A stretch of 24,178 nucleotides of DNA from a virus (taxonomy: Duplodnaviria; Caudoviricetes), in IMG/VR virus record IMGVR_UViG_3300031910_000041, positions 1-24,178 of that record. One strand, given 5' to 3'. Positions within the stretch are counted from its first letter, which is position 1. Each line of letters starts with the position of its first letter. This document shows positions 8,200 through 16,902 of this stretch, in pieces. The translations under genes and the position numbers were made by a program. Under the pieces are notes generated by a model. That model made no database searches, was not told the origin of the DNA, and saw nothing but the letters and a program-made list of their open reading frames with translations.

Positions 8200-9621
8200 C
8201 TAGAAGGTGGGTGCGGTCAGCCCGGTGATCTCCACCACGGACGCCGGATAGCGGGCCGCGGTGAACGCTAAGTACGAATAGACTTGGAGCAGGACCGTGA
8301 GATTTGCTGCTCGGGTCTCTGGTAAGACCCTGGCCCTTATCCCAGACTCCCACAGTATGAGGTCAGAGGCCCGCATGACGTAGACGATGTCCTCAGTTCC
8401 CGCGCCGGAGTTGGTAGCTATGTTAGGGTCTGTAACTATCGGCAAACCCTGTAGGCGGCCGACGATCTGCTGGGAGTCGACGGCCTCCAAAATCCCTACG
8501 GCGTTCATGGGGTTGTTGGCTTCGGGCAGCACCACCGGACGGTTCTGGGTGTCGACCTGGGCGAGCAGCCAACCCCACCGCCGCGGGTGCATGACCACCA
8601 CTTCGGGCGGCAAAAACCTGGTGGTGTGTACCGTCTGGATCGCGTTGGCGATCGCAGAATACACCTGAGTCAGCGTGACCCCGGCGGCCGCGATCGACGT
8701 AATACCCGGGGTGTTATTCACACCCAGCACCTGACCGGATGACCCGGATCCGCCGATCACCTGCCCATCCAGTACCGCGGCGTGCGCGGCCACCAGGTCC
8801 CGGAACACGACATCATCGAACGCGATCGGGGACTGGTCAATCAGCTGGATCGCGAGCCCTTGCTGACCGGAGATCGTCCGCACGGGGGCGTTGATGAACG
8901 TGTCGGTCAGGTTGGTTTCCGAGACGGTGCTGTTGTCGGTGGCCTGGATGGCGACGCTGGTACCGGTAAGCATCTTCGGCACGTTTATGCTATCAGTACC
9001 CCCCGGCAACTGTTGCCGTTGGCACACATTCGCGAACGCCCGGCCCGGGCGGGCATACGTCACATACTGATCCATGAGCCATGCCGGGGGCACCGCATAC
9101 CCACCGGAACCGTCAACCCGGCTGATGTCGCGCCATTCCTGATATTCCGGGGCGGTGGCCACATCCTGCGCGTGATCAAACAACCGGCGCCGCGACTCCC
9201 CGTCGTGATCCTGATTCGTCGTATACCGGATCAAATCCCGCACATACGACCGCTGATGCTTGTTCTCCGCGGTGTACACGTTGGATTCGCGGACCGACAC
9301 GATCGCTTTCTGGGTGTTGCGGACCTGGGCGAGGTTCGCCTGGATCTGCCCGGTGCGCCTGACTTCTTCGCCGGTGTCTTTGATCCGGGCGTCGAGGGTT
9401 TCGATGTCGGTCCCCAGGGTCCGCATGGATTCGACGTGTTTGCGTACTTCGGCGTCCTCTTCGGCGGAGAGGGTGTCGCCGTGGGTGTCTTGGGCGACCA
9501 TCAGGATCGCGGTGGCTTTGGATTCGAGGTTGTCGCGTTTTTCGGCGAGTTCGGCGCGTTGGTCGATGAGCCGGTTGAGATAGGCTTGCAGGTCGATGGC
9601 GCCGGGAGCGTCGCTATTCAT
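8200..9621 (-). CDS. Major capsid protein, HK97 fold with N-terminal delta (scaffold) domain
   Basis: 473 aa after the protease; coiled-coil N-term, GGYAVP, VMHPRRW, L.GLPIV motifs. Confidence 0.95.
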   Translation of the reverse strand: MNSDAPGAIDLQAYLNRLIDQRAELAEKRDNLESKATAILMVAQDTHGDTLSAEEDAEVRKHVESMRTLGTDIETLDARIKDTGEEVRRTGQIQANLAQVRNTQKAIVSVRESNVYTAENKHQRSYVRDLIRYTTNQDHDGESRRRLFDHAQDVATAPEYQEWRDISRVDGSGGYAVPPAWLMDQYVTYARPGRAFANVCQRQQLPGGTDSINVPKMLTGTSVAIQATDNSTVSETNLTDTFINAPVRTISGQQGLAIQLIDQSPIAFDDVVFRDLVAAHAAVLDGQVIGGSGSSGQVLGVNNTPGITSIAAAGVTLTQVYSAIANAIQTVHTTRFLPPEVVVMHPRRWGWLLAQVDTQNRPVVLPEANNPMNAVGILEAVDSQQIVGRLQGLPIVTDPNIATNSGAGTEDIVYVMRASDLILWESGIRARVLPETRAANLTVLLQVYSYLAFTAARYPASVVEITGLTAPTF

Positions 9622-9731
9622 AGGGGTCTTCTTTCGGGCGTGACGGGATGGGTTGGTGACCGTGCCGGTCGTGCCCGTGCCGGGCGCCGCCGCCTGTGCC
9701 AGGTTCGCGGGTTCAACCGTTGAGGATACGT

Positions 9732-10727
9732 CTAGGGGGCGAGTGTGGGGGGGTAGGACACGCGGGCGGCCGCCAACTCAGCCAACCGGGCGGTGATGGA
9801 ACGCAAACCTGACGGATCGGCGGCGTCCCGAACCTTCTGCAGGGCAGCCTCAATCACCCCCACAGTGATCGGGTCTTCGCCCGGCCACGCTTCGGTCCCC
9901 GCTGGTTCGATCTCCTCGTCGTCTTCGTTGGGGGGTTCGCCGCGGACGACGCCGGGCGCCGGGGCGCTGAACGGGATCGGGTCCGCGCGGGCGTGGGCTT
10001 CGGTGTCGATCGGATACTTCCCGTTGCGCGGGTCCGCGTAAGCGACGTCGCCGTACGGCTTCTTGGGGTCTTTGTCGGCGCGGCACGCCTCCAGCGCATC
10101 GGCCAGGGAAGCGTCGAGGTGCCGCAGCTCAACGAGCTGGCCGTCGGACAGGTGGGAGGCGGCCTCCAACGCGTCGGCGATCGCGACCTGGGTCGTCGGG
10201 TTGGCGCCATAGTTCACGATCGAAACGTCGCCATGCTGCAGCGTGATTTCGGTGATCATCCGCTGCGTGTAGGAGGCATCCCAGACTTGATCTTTGACTC
10301 TAAACCCGAACGACATCTGGTCCATGATGGCCCGCCCATTGGCCTGCGGCCGCAGCTTCGGGATCAGCCGCTGCACGTCCCAGTCATCGGGATCGAGCTG
10401 GGCGCGGATCTTCAGCCCTTTCATGTCGCGGGTGACCTGTAGATTCTCAGTCGTCGTCCGCGCCAACGGCCAGCCTTCATGATTGACCAACAGCATCAGG
10501 TCCGGTTTGGTGGCCAGCGTGACATCGAAAGCGCGCTGGTCGATCCGCTCTGTCCATCCTCCGCGGTCAGGACCACCCAGGATGTCGTAAGGCTCCCAGG
10601 TGGCGGCGTAGCCCTCAATGACGATCTTGCCGCTGCGGTTTTCGCGGTACTCGAACGGGGTGGGGCAAGCGCGGGTTTCGCGGACGTCGAGGATTTTCGC
10701 GCGGTTCGGATGGACAGCGATGCTCAT
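9732..10727 (-). CDS. HK97-family prohead protease with C-terminal extension
   Basis: IEGYAATW, LLVNH...PLART, MSFGF, DVSIVNYGANP. Confidence 0.93.
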   Translation of the reverse strand: MSIAVHPNRAKILDVRETRACPTPFEYRENRSGKIVIEGYAATWEPYDILGGPDRGGWTERIDQRAFDVTLATKPDLMLLVNHEGWPLARTTTENLQVTRDMKGLKIRAQLDPDDWDVQRLIPKLRPQANGRAIMDQMSFGFRVKDQVWDASYTQRMITEITLQHGDVSIVNYGANPTTQVAIADALEAASHLSDGQLVELRHLDASLADALEACRADKDPKKPYGDVAYADPRNGKYPIDTEAHARADPIPFSAPAPGVVRGEPPNEDDEEIEPAGTEAWPGEDPITVGVIEAALQKVRDAADPSGLRSITARLAELAAARVSYPPTLAP

Positions 10728-12028
10728 TTCGTGACTCCTACGGATTGCCCGTTGCGGCTTGGTGGGGTTTGGGGTCGGCCGCCGAACCCCGGCTCACTGG
10801 TGGGGGGCTTCTCGCCCGGCGCCCCGGCCGCGGACAGTGCGGCGGTCTTCGCGGGGTCGAACCCAGACGGCGCCATATTCACCGGCTGCAAGAAAGTGTC
10901 CAAACCGTCAGCCGGCTCCATCTCCTCTTTCGCCCGAACCTCGTTGCGGTTAGCCCACCCAGCCTGAATCGCCGTCTGATACGCCTTATACCGGGTGTCG
11001 ATATCACCCCGGTAGAGGGCATCGAAGTCGGTGGAGATGTACTGGCCGCGGGGCAACAAATCAGACAACGCACTCTCAATACACGAAGTCCACGACCGGA
11101 ACGAATAAGTCACCGCACCCTGAGTAATCTGTTCAATTCCAGTTCCCCATGCGGTCGCGGCCTTCGTATGACCCAGCAGCACTGGCGGGACGCCGAACAT
11201 GATGCAAATGTCTTCCCTTTGAAATTCCCTCGTTTCCAAAAACTGGGACTCATCCGGGCTGATGGACAGGTTCTGCCACTTAAACCCACCAGTCAAGACG
11301 GCGGGGAGTCGCCGGCCACCATGAGACGCGATCCAATTCTGCTGCTGCCGCTCCACACTCTCGGGATCCAAATTCTGATCCGTCATCAACAACCCCGACG
11401 GCGAAGCCGATTCCTTAAACCAGCGGTAGCCATACTCTTCAGCCGACAGCGACAATCCGATCGCCACCGCGGCCTGCCGAATCGGGGACAGCCCCCACGG
11501 CTCACCGGGCATCGTGAAACGCCGGATGTGGCAGATGTCGTTTTTGTTGACCTGCTCACCCATCACCCGGTAGATCGGATCGAACCACGCCAAAATATCC
11601 GGGCGTCTCTCCAAAAACACGATGTCGGGGTGCATCGGCATCAACGCCGTCGGCGTCCCCCCGCTGTCCCGTGACGTGATCAGGTGATAAGAATTCCCGC
11701 GTAACGCCAAATTCGCGACGACCATCCATTTCCACTGAAAAAGGTTGAACCCAGGAAATGGCTGTCTAATGATGGCGGGCTGCGGATCCAGTTTGACCGG
11801 GATCCCTTTCTTATCTTTGCGGTACGCCGCCCACGGCAACGAGGCGATCGTGTCCGCCAGCAACCGCACACACCCATACACGGTCATGTTCGCCATGCTG
11901 CGATGCACCCCGACGAAGTCGTCGATGACCCCAACTTGGGGGGGTGGGACGAACGCCGACGATTGCAGGGCACGGACCTCAAGGGCGCCGAGCTCGGCGC
12001 GGTGCAGGAGGCGGGCGAGGATACTCAT
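10724..12028 (-). CDS. Portal protein (HK97 family)
   Basis: ATG 12028 (ATGA overlap); VYGCVRLLADTIASLP, LRGNSY, GLSPI, QFLETR, FGVPP, NEVR..E. Confidence 0.95.
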   Translation of the reverse strand: MSILARLLHRAELGALEVRALQSSAFVPPPQVGVIDDFVGVHRSMANMTVYGCVRLLADTIASLPWAAYRKDKKGIPVKLDPQPAIIRQPFPGFNLFQWKWMVVANLALRGNSYHLITSRDSGGTPTALMPMHPDIVFLERRPDILAWFDPIYRVMGEQVNKNDICHIRRFTMPGEPWGLSPIRQAAVAIGLSLSAEEYGYRWFKESASPSGLLMTDQNLDPESVERQQQNWIASHGGRRLPAVLTGGFKWQNLSISPDESQFLETREFQREDICIMFGVPPVLLGHTKAATAWGTGIEQITQGAVTYSFRSWTSCIESALSDLLPRGQYISTDFDALYRGDIDTRYKAYQTAIQAGWANRNEVRAKEEMEPADGLDTFLQPVNMAPSGFDPAKTAALSAAGAPGEKPPTSEPGFGGRPQTPPSRNGQSVGVTK

Positions 12029-12345
12029 CGGCTCACTGCGATCCCATAAAGAATCAACGCGACCCCCGCGATCATCAACCCCACATACGGGGCGATCAGC
12101 CAACCCCCCACCGCCAGGGCGGTGATCCCGGTCAACTCCAACACCGTCGACGCAACAGACGTGAAGTGGGGCGGTGCCCCCGCAGCGGCCGGGGGAGTCG
12201 GAACAGGGCTGGCCGCCGTGGGGTTCGGGGGCACCGCATTCTTCGGCAGGGTAGGTTTGTTGCCGAAGAACGAATCGGGGTCATCATCGGGGAACAACCG
12301 CTGCGAACCCAGCCGGGCACCGATCGGGGTCACATTCTCATCCAT
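12025..12345 (-). CDS. Small membrane protein between terL and portal
   Basis: 106 aa, two C-terminal hydrophobic helices; stop overlaps the portal ATG. Confidence 0.7.
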   Translation of the reverse strand: MDENVTPIGARLGSQRLFPDDDPDSFFGNKPTLPKNAVPPNPTAASPVPTPPAAAGAPPHFTSVASTVLELTGITALAVGGWLIAPYVGLMIAGVALILYGIAVSR

Positions 12346-13934
12346 GCCCGCTCCAGTTCATCGTCCAGGCGTACCGGCGGCTGCTCCCACTGTGCAATGA
12401 CTTCCTCGTCCGGCCACGCGTGACACACCGGGTTCTTGACATCGGGTATATAGTTCGCCAGCCACACCGCATTCGCCACCGCCACCAGGGGCGCGACATC
12501 GACTGGGGAGGCGCGGCGGTCGAACACCCACGCATCCCCCGTCCGCCGGGCCACCCCACTAGCGGCGGCCCGATCCAACACCGGGTCCGGGCGATGCCAA
12601 ATCGTGTGCTCCACCACCCCGTCGAACAACAACCCGCACGCCGTCTGCAAATCGATCCCGGCCACCACCGGGGTGACCTCCAAACCGGCGGCCACCATCT
12701 CCGGAATCAACCCCGAGACGGGGGCCGATGTTTTCTGCACCGCGATCCCCGCGAACTTCCCCTTCCGCGCCCCCAGCCAATCGATCACCCAATCCGTGCC
12801 CCCCGCCGACGCGATCAACTCGACATGCGTCCCACCCCCGGCCCGGGCCGCGGCGACCGCCACATAAGTCATCGACCGCTGATAATTCACGTCGACCGCC
12901 ACAAACGCGGCCGCCCCCCGAGCCCGATGCGACTCCGGGTCAAGGGTCTCGGCCCAATGCTCCGCCGGCATAATCCCCGGCTCCAACGCATCCACCCACA
13001 TACACAAATGCTCAGTCATAAAACCCGGCATGTTGCGGAACTGCTGCGCCTCCAAAAACCCCCGCAAATCCGCCAACCGAAACAACCCCGAACCCATCGC
13101 CGGATTCGCTAGCCGCCACACCGTCTCATCACGCGGATCACTGTCAGGTGGCGCCGACCACTCAAACAACCCAACCCGCGTGTCCTTCGTGGTGCCCGCC
13201 ACGATCCGCGCGTTCGCACCATCCCGCAGCGTACGGAGTACCTCACTTTTCGCGTCCCCCGCATTTGAACAACACACCACCTGCGGATGCGGCCGCGCCG
13301 TCGTCGTCGGCACAATCGCGTTCCACGCATCAGAATTCTGATGTTCACGCAACTCATCAAGCAGAACCAGATCCACGGCCATCCCCCGGCCACCCCGCCG
13401 ATTCGCCGCCACCACCCGCCACTGCCGACCGTTCGTCAACTCGATCCGATTCGACCCGTTATCCAACCGATGCTTGGTGTACTCCCCCCGCAAACCCCGA
13501 CACCCACCAAGATCCTCCGCGACCTCTTTCAACATCGCTTCGGCATACTTCAAGTTCTGACACGCCATCAACACCGTCTTCGCACCTGGACACCCCCCCG
13601 TCGACTGCCCCAACGGATCCATGAACAACCGCCACAACCCCAACCCCTTCAACCACTGCGACTTCCCGTTCTGCCGGGACACCAGCACACAGATCCTGGA
13701 GAACCGAAACCCCTGCCGGTCCGGGCCCTTCTCCAACGCGTGGACATACAGCCACTGCTGCCACTCCAGCAACCGCCAACCCAAACATTTCTCGAGGAAC
13801 TCGATGCAATCCCACCCCCAGGACCACTCCCGCGACAACCACCCCCCATACCCGATATGCGATTCGATCGGCGGGGTCGCCAACCTGGGGGTGACCGACC
13901 CGAGTTCGGTCGTCGTCAACAGGGTCGCCGTCAT
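12330..13934 (-). CDS. terL: Terminase large subunit
   Basis: 534 aa; Walker A SRQNGKS, Walker B VLLDELRE, SNAG, W..ANP, nuclease VAVD. Confidence 0.95.
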   Translation of the reverse strand: MTATLLTTTELGSVTPRLATPPIESHIGYGGWLSREWSWGWDCIEFLEKCLGWRLLEWQQWLYVHALEKGPDRQGFRFSRICVLVSRQNGKSQWLKGLGLWRLFMDPLGQSTGGCPGAKTVLMACQNLKYAEAMLKEVAEDLGGCRGLRGEYTKHRLDNGSNRIELTNGRQWRVVAANRRGGRGMAVDLVLLDELREHQNSDAWNAIVPTTTARPHPQVVCCSNAGDAKSEVLRTLRDGANARIVAGTTKDTRVGLFEWSAPPDSDPRDETVWRLANPAMGSGLFRLADLRGFLEAQQFRNMPGFMTEHLCMWVDALEPGIMPAEHWAETLDPESHRARGAAAFVAVDVNYQRSMTYVAVAAARAGGGTHVELIASAGGTDWVIDWLGARKGKFAGIAVQKTSAPVSGLIPEMVAAGLEVTPVVAGIDLQTACGLLFDGVVEHTIWHRPDPVLDRAAASGVARRTGDAWVFDRRASPVDVAPLVAVANAVWLANYIPDVKNPVCHAWPDEEVIAQWEQPPVRLDDELERAWMRM

Positions 13935-14197
13935 GCCTGCTGTTTCCGCTGGTAGCGGCGCCGAAATGAAGCCAACTCATCATCCGGCGCCAACTCACTA
14001 TCCGAAATCGGCGGCGTCGGCCCGACATCCACAGCCAACCCCAAATGCCGGCCCTGCTGCGCCAAAATCCGGCGCGCCACCTCAACCACCTTCGGATCCC
14101 CCGCCATCGCCCCCGGCCACACCGCAGCCAGCAACGACTCCAACCTCGCGGCATACACTTCAGTCTTCGACGGCGGCGCAGATTTCCGACGAGTCAT
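13931..14197 (-). CDS. Putative terminase small subunit (88 aa, no evident HTH)
   Basis: Stop overlaps the terL ATG; RLESLLAAVWPGAMAGD...RILAQQGRHLGL and C-term DELASFRRR; start chosen at ATG 14197. Confidence 0.7.
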   Translation of the reverse strand: MTRRKSAPPSKTEVYAARLESLLAAVWPGAMAGDPKVVEVARRILAQQGRHLGLAVDVGPTPPISDSELAPDDELASFRRRYQRKQQA

Positions 14198-14335
14198 GTG
14201 ATCGATTATGTCCCCTAAATGCCCCGAAACGCCCCCAACATGCCCCGAAAAGGACCCCGAAAGTGCCCCATAATGCCCCAATGACCAACGAAATCCGAAC
14301 ACGACCGTGACCAGCACCGACACCGCCATCCTGGT

Positions 14336-14399
14336 CGCTATTTGACACCACCGCGTTATTTAACACGGCAACGCTATTTGACACCCCGCGCTATTAGAC
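14336..14399. repeat. Four CG(C/T)TATT(T/A)(G/A)AC repeats, 17-18 bp period
   Basis: Copies at 14336, 14354, 14372, 14389; copies 1 and 3 share CGCTATTTGACACC exactly. Confidence 0.8.
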
Positions 14400-14612
14400 T
14401 ATCCGACAGATTGCACACCCGCCAGAACGGTGTTTGCTGGACGGGTTAACCAGCGGGTTCAGCCCTTTGCTAGTTTTCCGAAAATCGGCATTTCCGCAGG
14501 TCAGCGTTAGTTTAGCTAGGTAGCTTTACTTTGGGCGATGAGGCTCCGACCTGCGGTTATGCGTTCCCAAGGTGTGTTTTTTTGGTTGCTCAGAGAGAGA
14601 TTTGGCGAGTGG

Positions 14613-14665
14613 CCATCGGGGGCGTGGGGGTAGCTAGGGACTTTGCAACCCCCATCCCCCTGTTT
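14613..14665. repeat. 53-bp direct repeat copy 1, putative cos region
   Basis: ccatcgggggcgtgggggtagctagggactttgcaacccccatccccctgttt is identical to 24126-24178 and lies upstream of terS. Confidence 0.9.
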
Positions 14666-14933
14666 GCTGGCGTGGATGCCATGTTTGCTGGCCATTGCCC
14701 CATGTTTGCTGGGTTTGCTGGGGGTGGTGACCGTCGCCCGGCCATGGTCAGCGAGCCATGGTCACCAAAAACCATGGTCACCGGAGGGTAGGTACCCGCG
14801 CCGGAGGGTGGCGCGGACGGTGTCGCCGGGATGGTCCAGGCCCCCGAACAGCCCGCAAACGGCCCTGAAACGTCGACAAACAACCCTGAAACGTCCACAA
14901 AGTGGACAACCAGCCCGCGATGGTCGCGATCGT

Positions 14934-15110
14934 TTAGCCGACGGTGATTTCGCTGTTGGTGGTGGTGATGGTGGCGGCCACATCGGCGGCGGGGCCCAGC
15001 ACGTCGATGTCGGCGAGCCAGTGCCGCAGGGCGAGCAGGGTGCAGGGGGTGGTCAGCACCGGGGCGTTGGGTGCGATCGGCGGCTGTTTGCGTGGCTGCC
15101 TGCCGGTCAT
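14934..15110 (-). CDS. Small post-capsid protein (58 aa), homolog of 7947-8135
   Basis: ATG 15110 overlaps the capsid TGA; LTTPCTLLALRHWL...ITTTNSEITVG. Confidence 0.75.
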   Translation of the reverse strand: MTGRQPRKQPPIAPNAPVLTTPCTLLALRHWLADIDVLGPAADVAATITTTNSEITVG

Positions 15111-16462
15111 CAGAACGTGGGCGGCAAAAGCCCAGTCAGCTGGACAACTGATTGCGGGAAGCGGGCCGCGCTGAACGCCAAATACCCATACACCTGACAC
15201 AAAACAGTCAGTGTGGCTGCTTTCGGCTCCGGAAGCACACGCGCGCGCAAGCCCGATTCGTACAGGACAAGGTCGGAGGATCTCATCACGTAAATTTCGT
15301 CTTCGGTGCCGGCGCCGGCGGTGGTTTTGATGTTCGCGTCGACAACGATCGGCAGCCCGTGGGTTCTTCCGACGATCTGCTGGGGGTCGACGTCTTCGAT
15401 CACGCCGGCGGCATTGAACGGGCCATTAGCGTCTGGCACAAAAAGTGGCCTGTTCTGAAGATCCAGAAGCGACATCAGCCACGAAAACCGTCGTGGATGC
15501 ATAACAATGACCTCGGGCGGCAAGTATCGTGTCGTATTGATCAGCTGTATTGCGTTGGCAATGGCTGAATAGACGCCTTTGATGTCCAAGGACGATACCG
15601 TGACGGTTTGGATGCCTGGTGTGTTGGCGATGCCCAGGACTTGGCCGCTTGATCCGGTGCCGTACAAAATCTGCTGGTCGAGGCGCATGGCGTGGTCGGC
15701 GGTGAGGTCTTTGAAAATAACGTCATCCATCGCCACCGGCGACTGGTCGATCAGCTGAATGCTGATTCCTTGCTGGCCTGCGAGTGTTCGTACCGGCAGA
15801 TTTACGAATGTGTCGGTCAGGTCGACGTCGGTGACCGCGGTATTGTCCGCGGTTTGAATTCCGGTTTGGGTTCCGGTCAGGATTTTCGGCAGGTTGAGGT
15901 TGTCGCAGCCTCCGGGTAGGGGCAGGCGTTGCGCCAGGTTGGCGGTGGGTCGTCCGGGGCGGGCGAATTCGATGTACTGATTTACTAACCATGCCGGTGG
16001 TGAGAAGTATCCGCCGGTGCCGTCGACCCGGGAAATGTCGCGGTATTCGGTGCCGAAATCGGTGGCGATTTCTTCGGCGTGGGCGGCCAGCCGGCGGCGG
16101 GACTCTGACGTGTCGTCCATGTTGAGCTGGACGCGCATGAGGTCGCGGAAGTAGCTGGTTTGGCTGTGGGGGCGGTAGACGTTGCTGGTGGGGTTCATGG
16201 GGGTGCTTCTCCGGTCTTGGGTTGCGTGGCTGAGGTGGCGTAGGTGGGCGGGGATTTGGCCGCGCCGCAGTTCCTCGGTCTCGTCGGTGATTCTTTGCGA
16301 CAACGTGCGCAGCGTTTCGATGTGCTGATGTACTTCGGCGTCTTCTTGAGGGGTGAGGGTGTCGCGGCCGTCGGCTTTGGCGCGGGCCAGGATCGTTTCG
16401 GCTCGCTGTTGGCAGGTCTGGCGGCGGGTTTCGAGCTGGTCGATAAGGGCTTGGGATGGCAT
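15110..16462 (-). CDS. Second major capsid protein (satellite-encoded paralog), about 450 aa
   Basis: Gap-free alignment by eye to 8200-9621 from RDISRVDG to PTF; start chosen at ATG 16462 (MPSQALIDQL matches helper LQAYLNRL). Confidence 0.93.
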   Translation of the reverse strand: MPSQALIDQLETRRQTCQQRAETILARAKADGRDTLTPQEDAEVHQHIETLRTLSQRITDETEELRRGQIPAHLRHLSHATQDRRSTPMNPTSNVYRPHSQTSYFRDLMRVQLNMDDTSESRRRLAAHAEEIATDFGTEYRDISRVDGTGGYFSPPAWLVNQYIEFARPGRPTANLAQRLPLPGGCDNLNLPKILTGTQTGIQTADNTAVTDVDLTDTFVNLPVRTLAGQQGISIQLIDQSPVAMDDVIFKDLTADHAMRLDQQILYGTGSSGQVLGIANTPGIQTVTVSSLDIKGVYSAIANAIQLINTTRYLPPEVIVMHPRRFSWLMSLLDLQNRPLFVPDANGPFNAAGVIEDVDPQQIVGRTHGLPIVVDANIKTTAGAGTEDEIYVMRSSDLVLYESGLRARVLPEPKAATLTVLCQVYGYLAFSAARFPQSVVQLTGLLPPTF

Positions 16463-16902
16463 GGCACGCAGCGGCTTTCGGGGTAAGGCGAAACCGGCGG
16501 ACAGGCGCCGGTTTCGCACGCGTCAGGGACTTGGGTCCCTGACGACCCCTGACGACACCCCTTACGGGTGCCGGATCGGGAGCGTGCCGCCCTCACGGGT
16601 GCCGATCATCTCCGAGGGACCGGGAACTGGCTGTCCCTCCCGCGCAGCGCCGTGCACGACGATGCGGGGTCTACCGAGGATTATGCCCCGCCCCAGGGAG
16701 ATTGGCACAGACGAGCCGCGACAAACGGCCTGTCGCGGCGAACCTTGATCGCCCCTGGGGCCGGGATAGGGTCCATTTAACTACACGGTTGTCATTCAGA
16801 TATAGGCCTGGGCCAATTGGCCCACCCTTGCCGATTCCTGGAGCCGTATGGGGCCGTGGAGTGATCAGCGGCCCTCGGGTGGGGTGGGTTGTACGCGGGG
16901 GG

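Larger units (their letters stand above)
1..14612 (-). mobile_element. Siphovirus (mycobacteriophage-like) virion morphogenesis module, putative helper phage left arm
   Basis: Canonical order terS-terL-portal-protease-MCP-adaptor-stopper-neck-terminator-major tail-chaperones-TMP-minor tails, mostly linked by ATGA/TGATG overlaps. Confidence 0.95.

Noticed and set aside
14613-14665. 53-bp repeat as attL/attR of the integrase
   Set aside because: A better att core with arm sites lies next to int; this repeat sits upstream of terS in a cos-like context
14200-14910. CRISPR array among the short repeats
   Set aside because: Repeats are short, degenerate and lack unique ~30-bp spacers; no cas genes
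8200-16462. Recent duplication, misassembled copy or DGR template/variable repeat pair for the two capsid genes
   Set aside because: Extensive synonymous and amino-acid divergence, both ORFs intact, and no reverse transcriptase in the window
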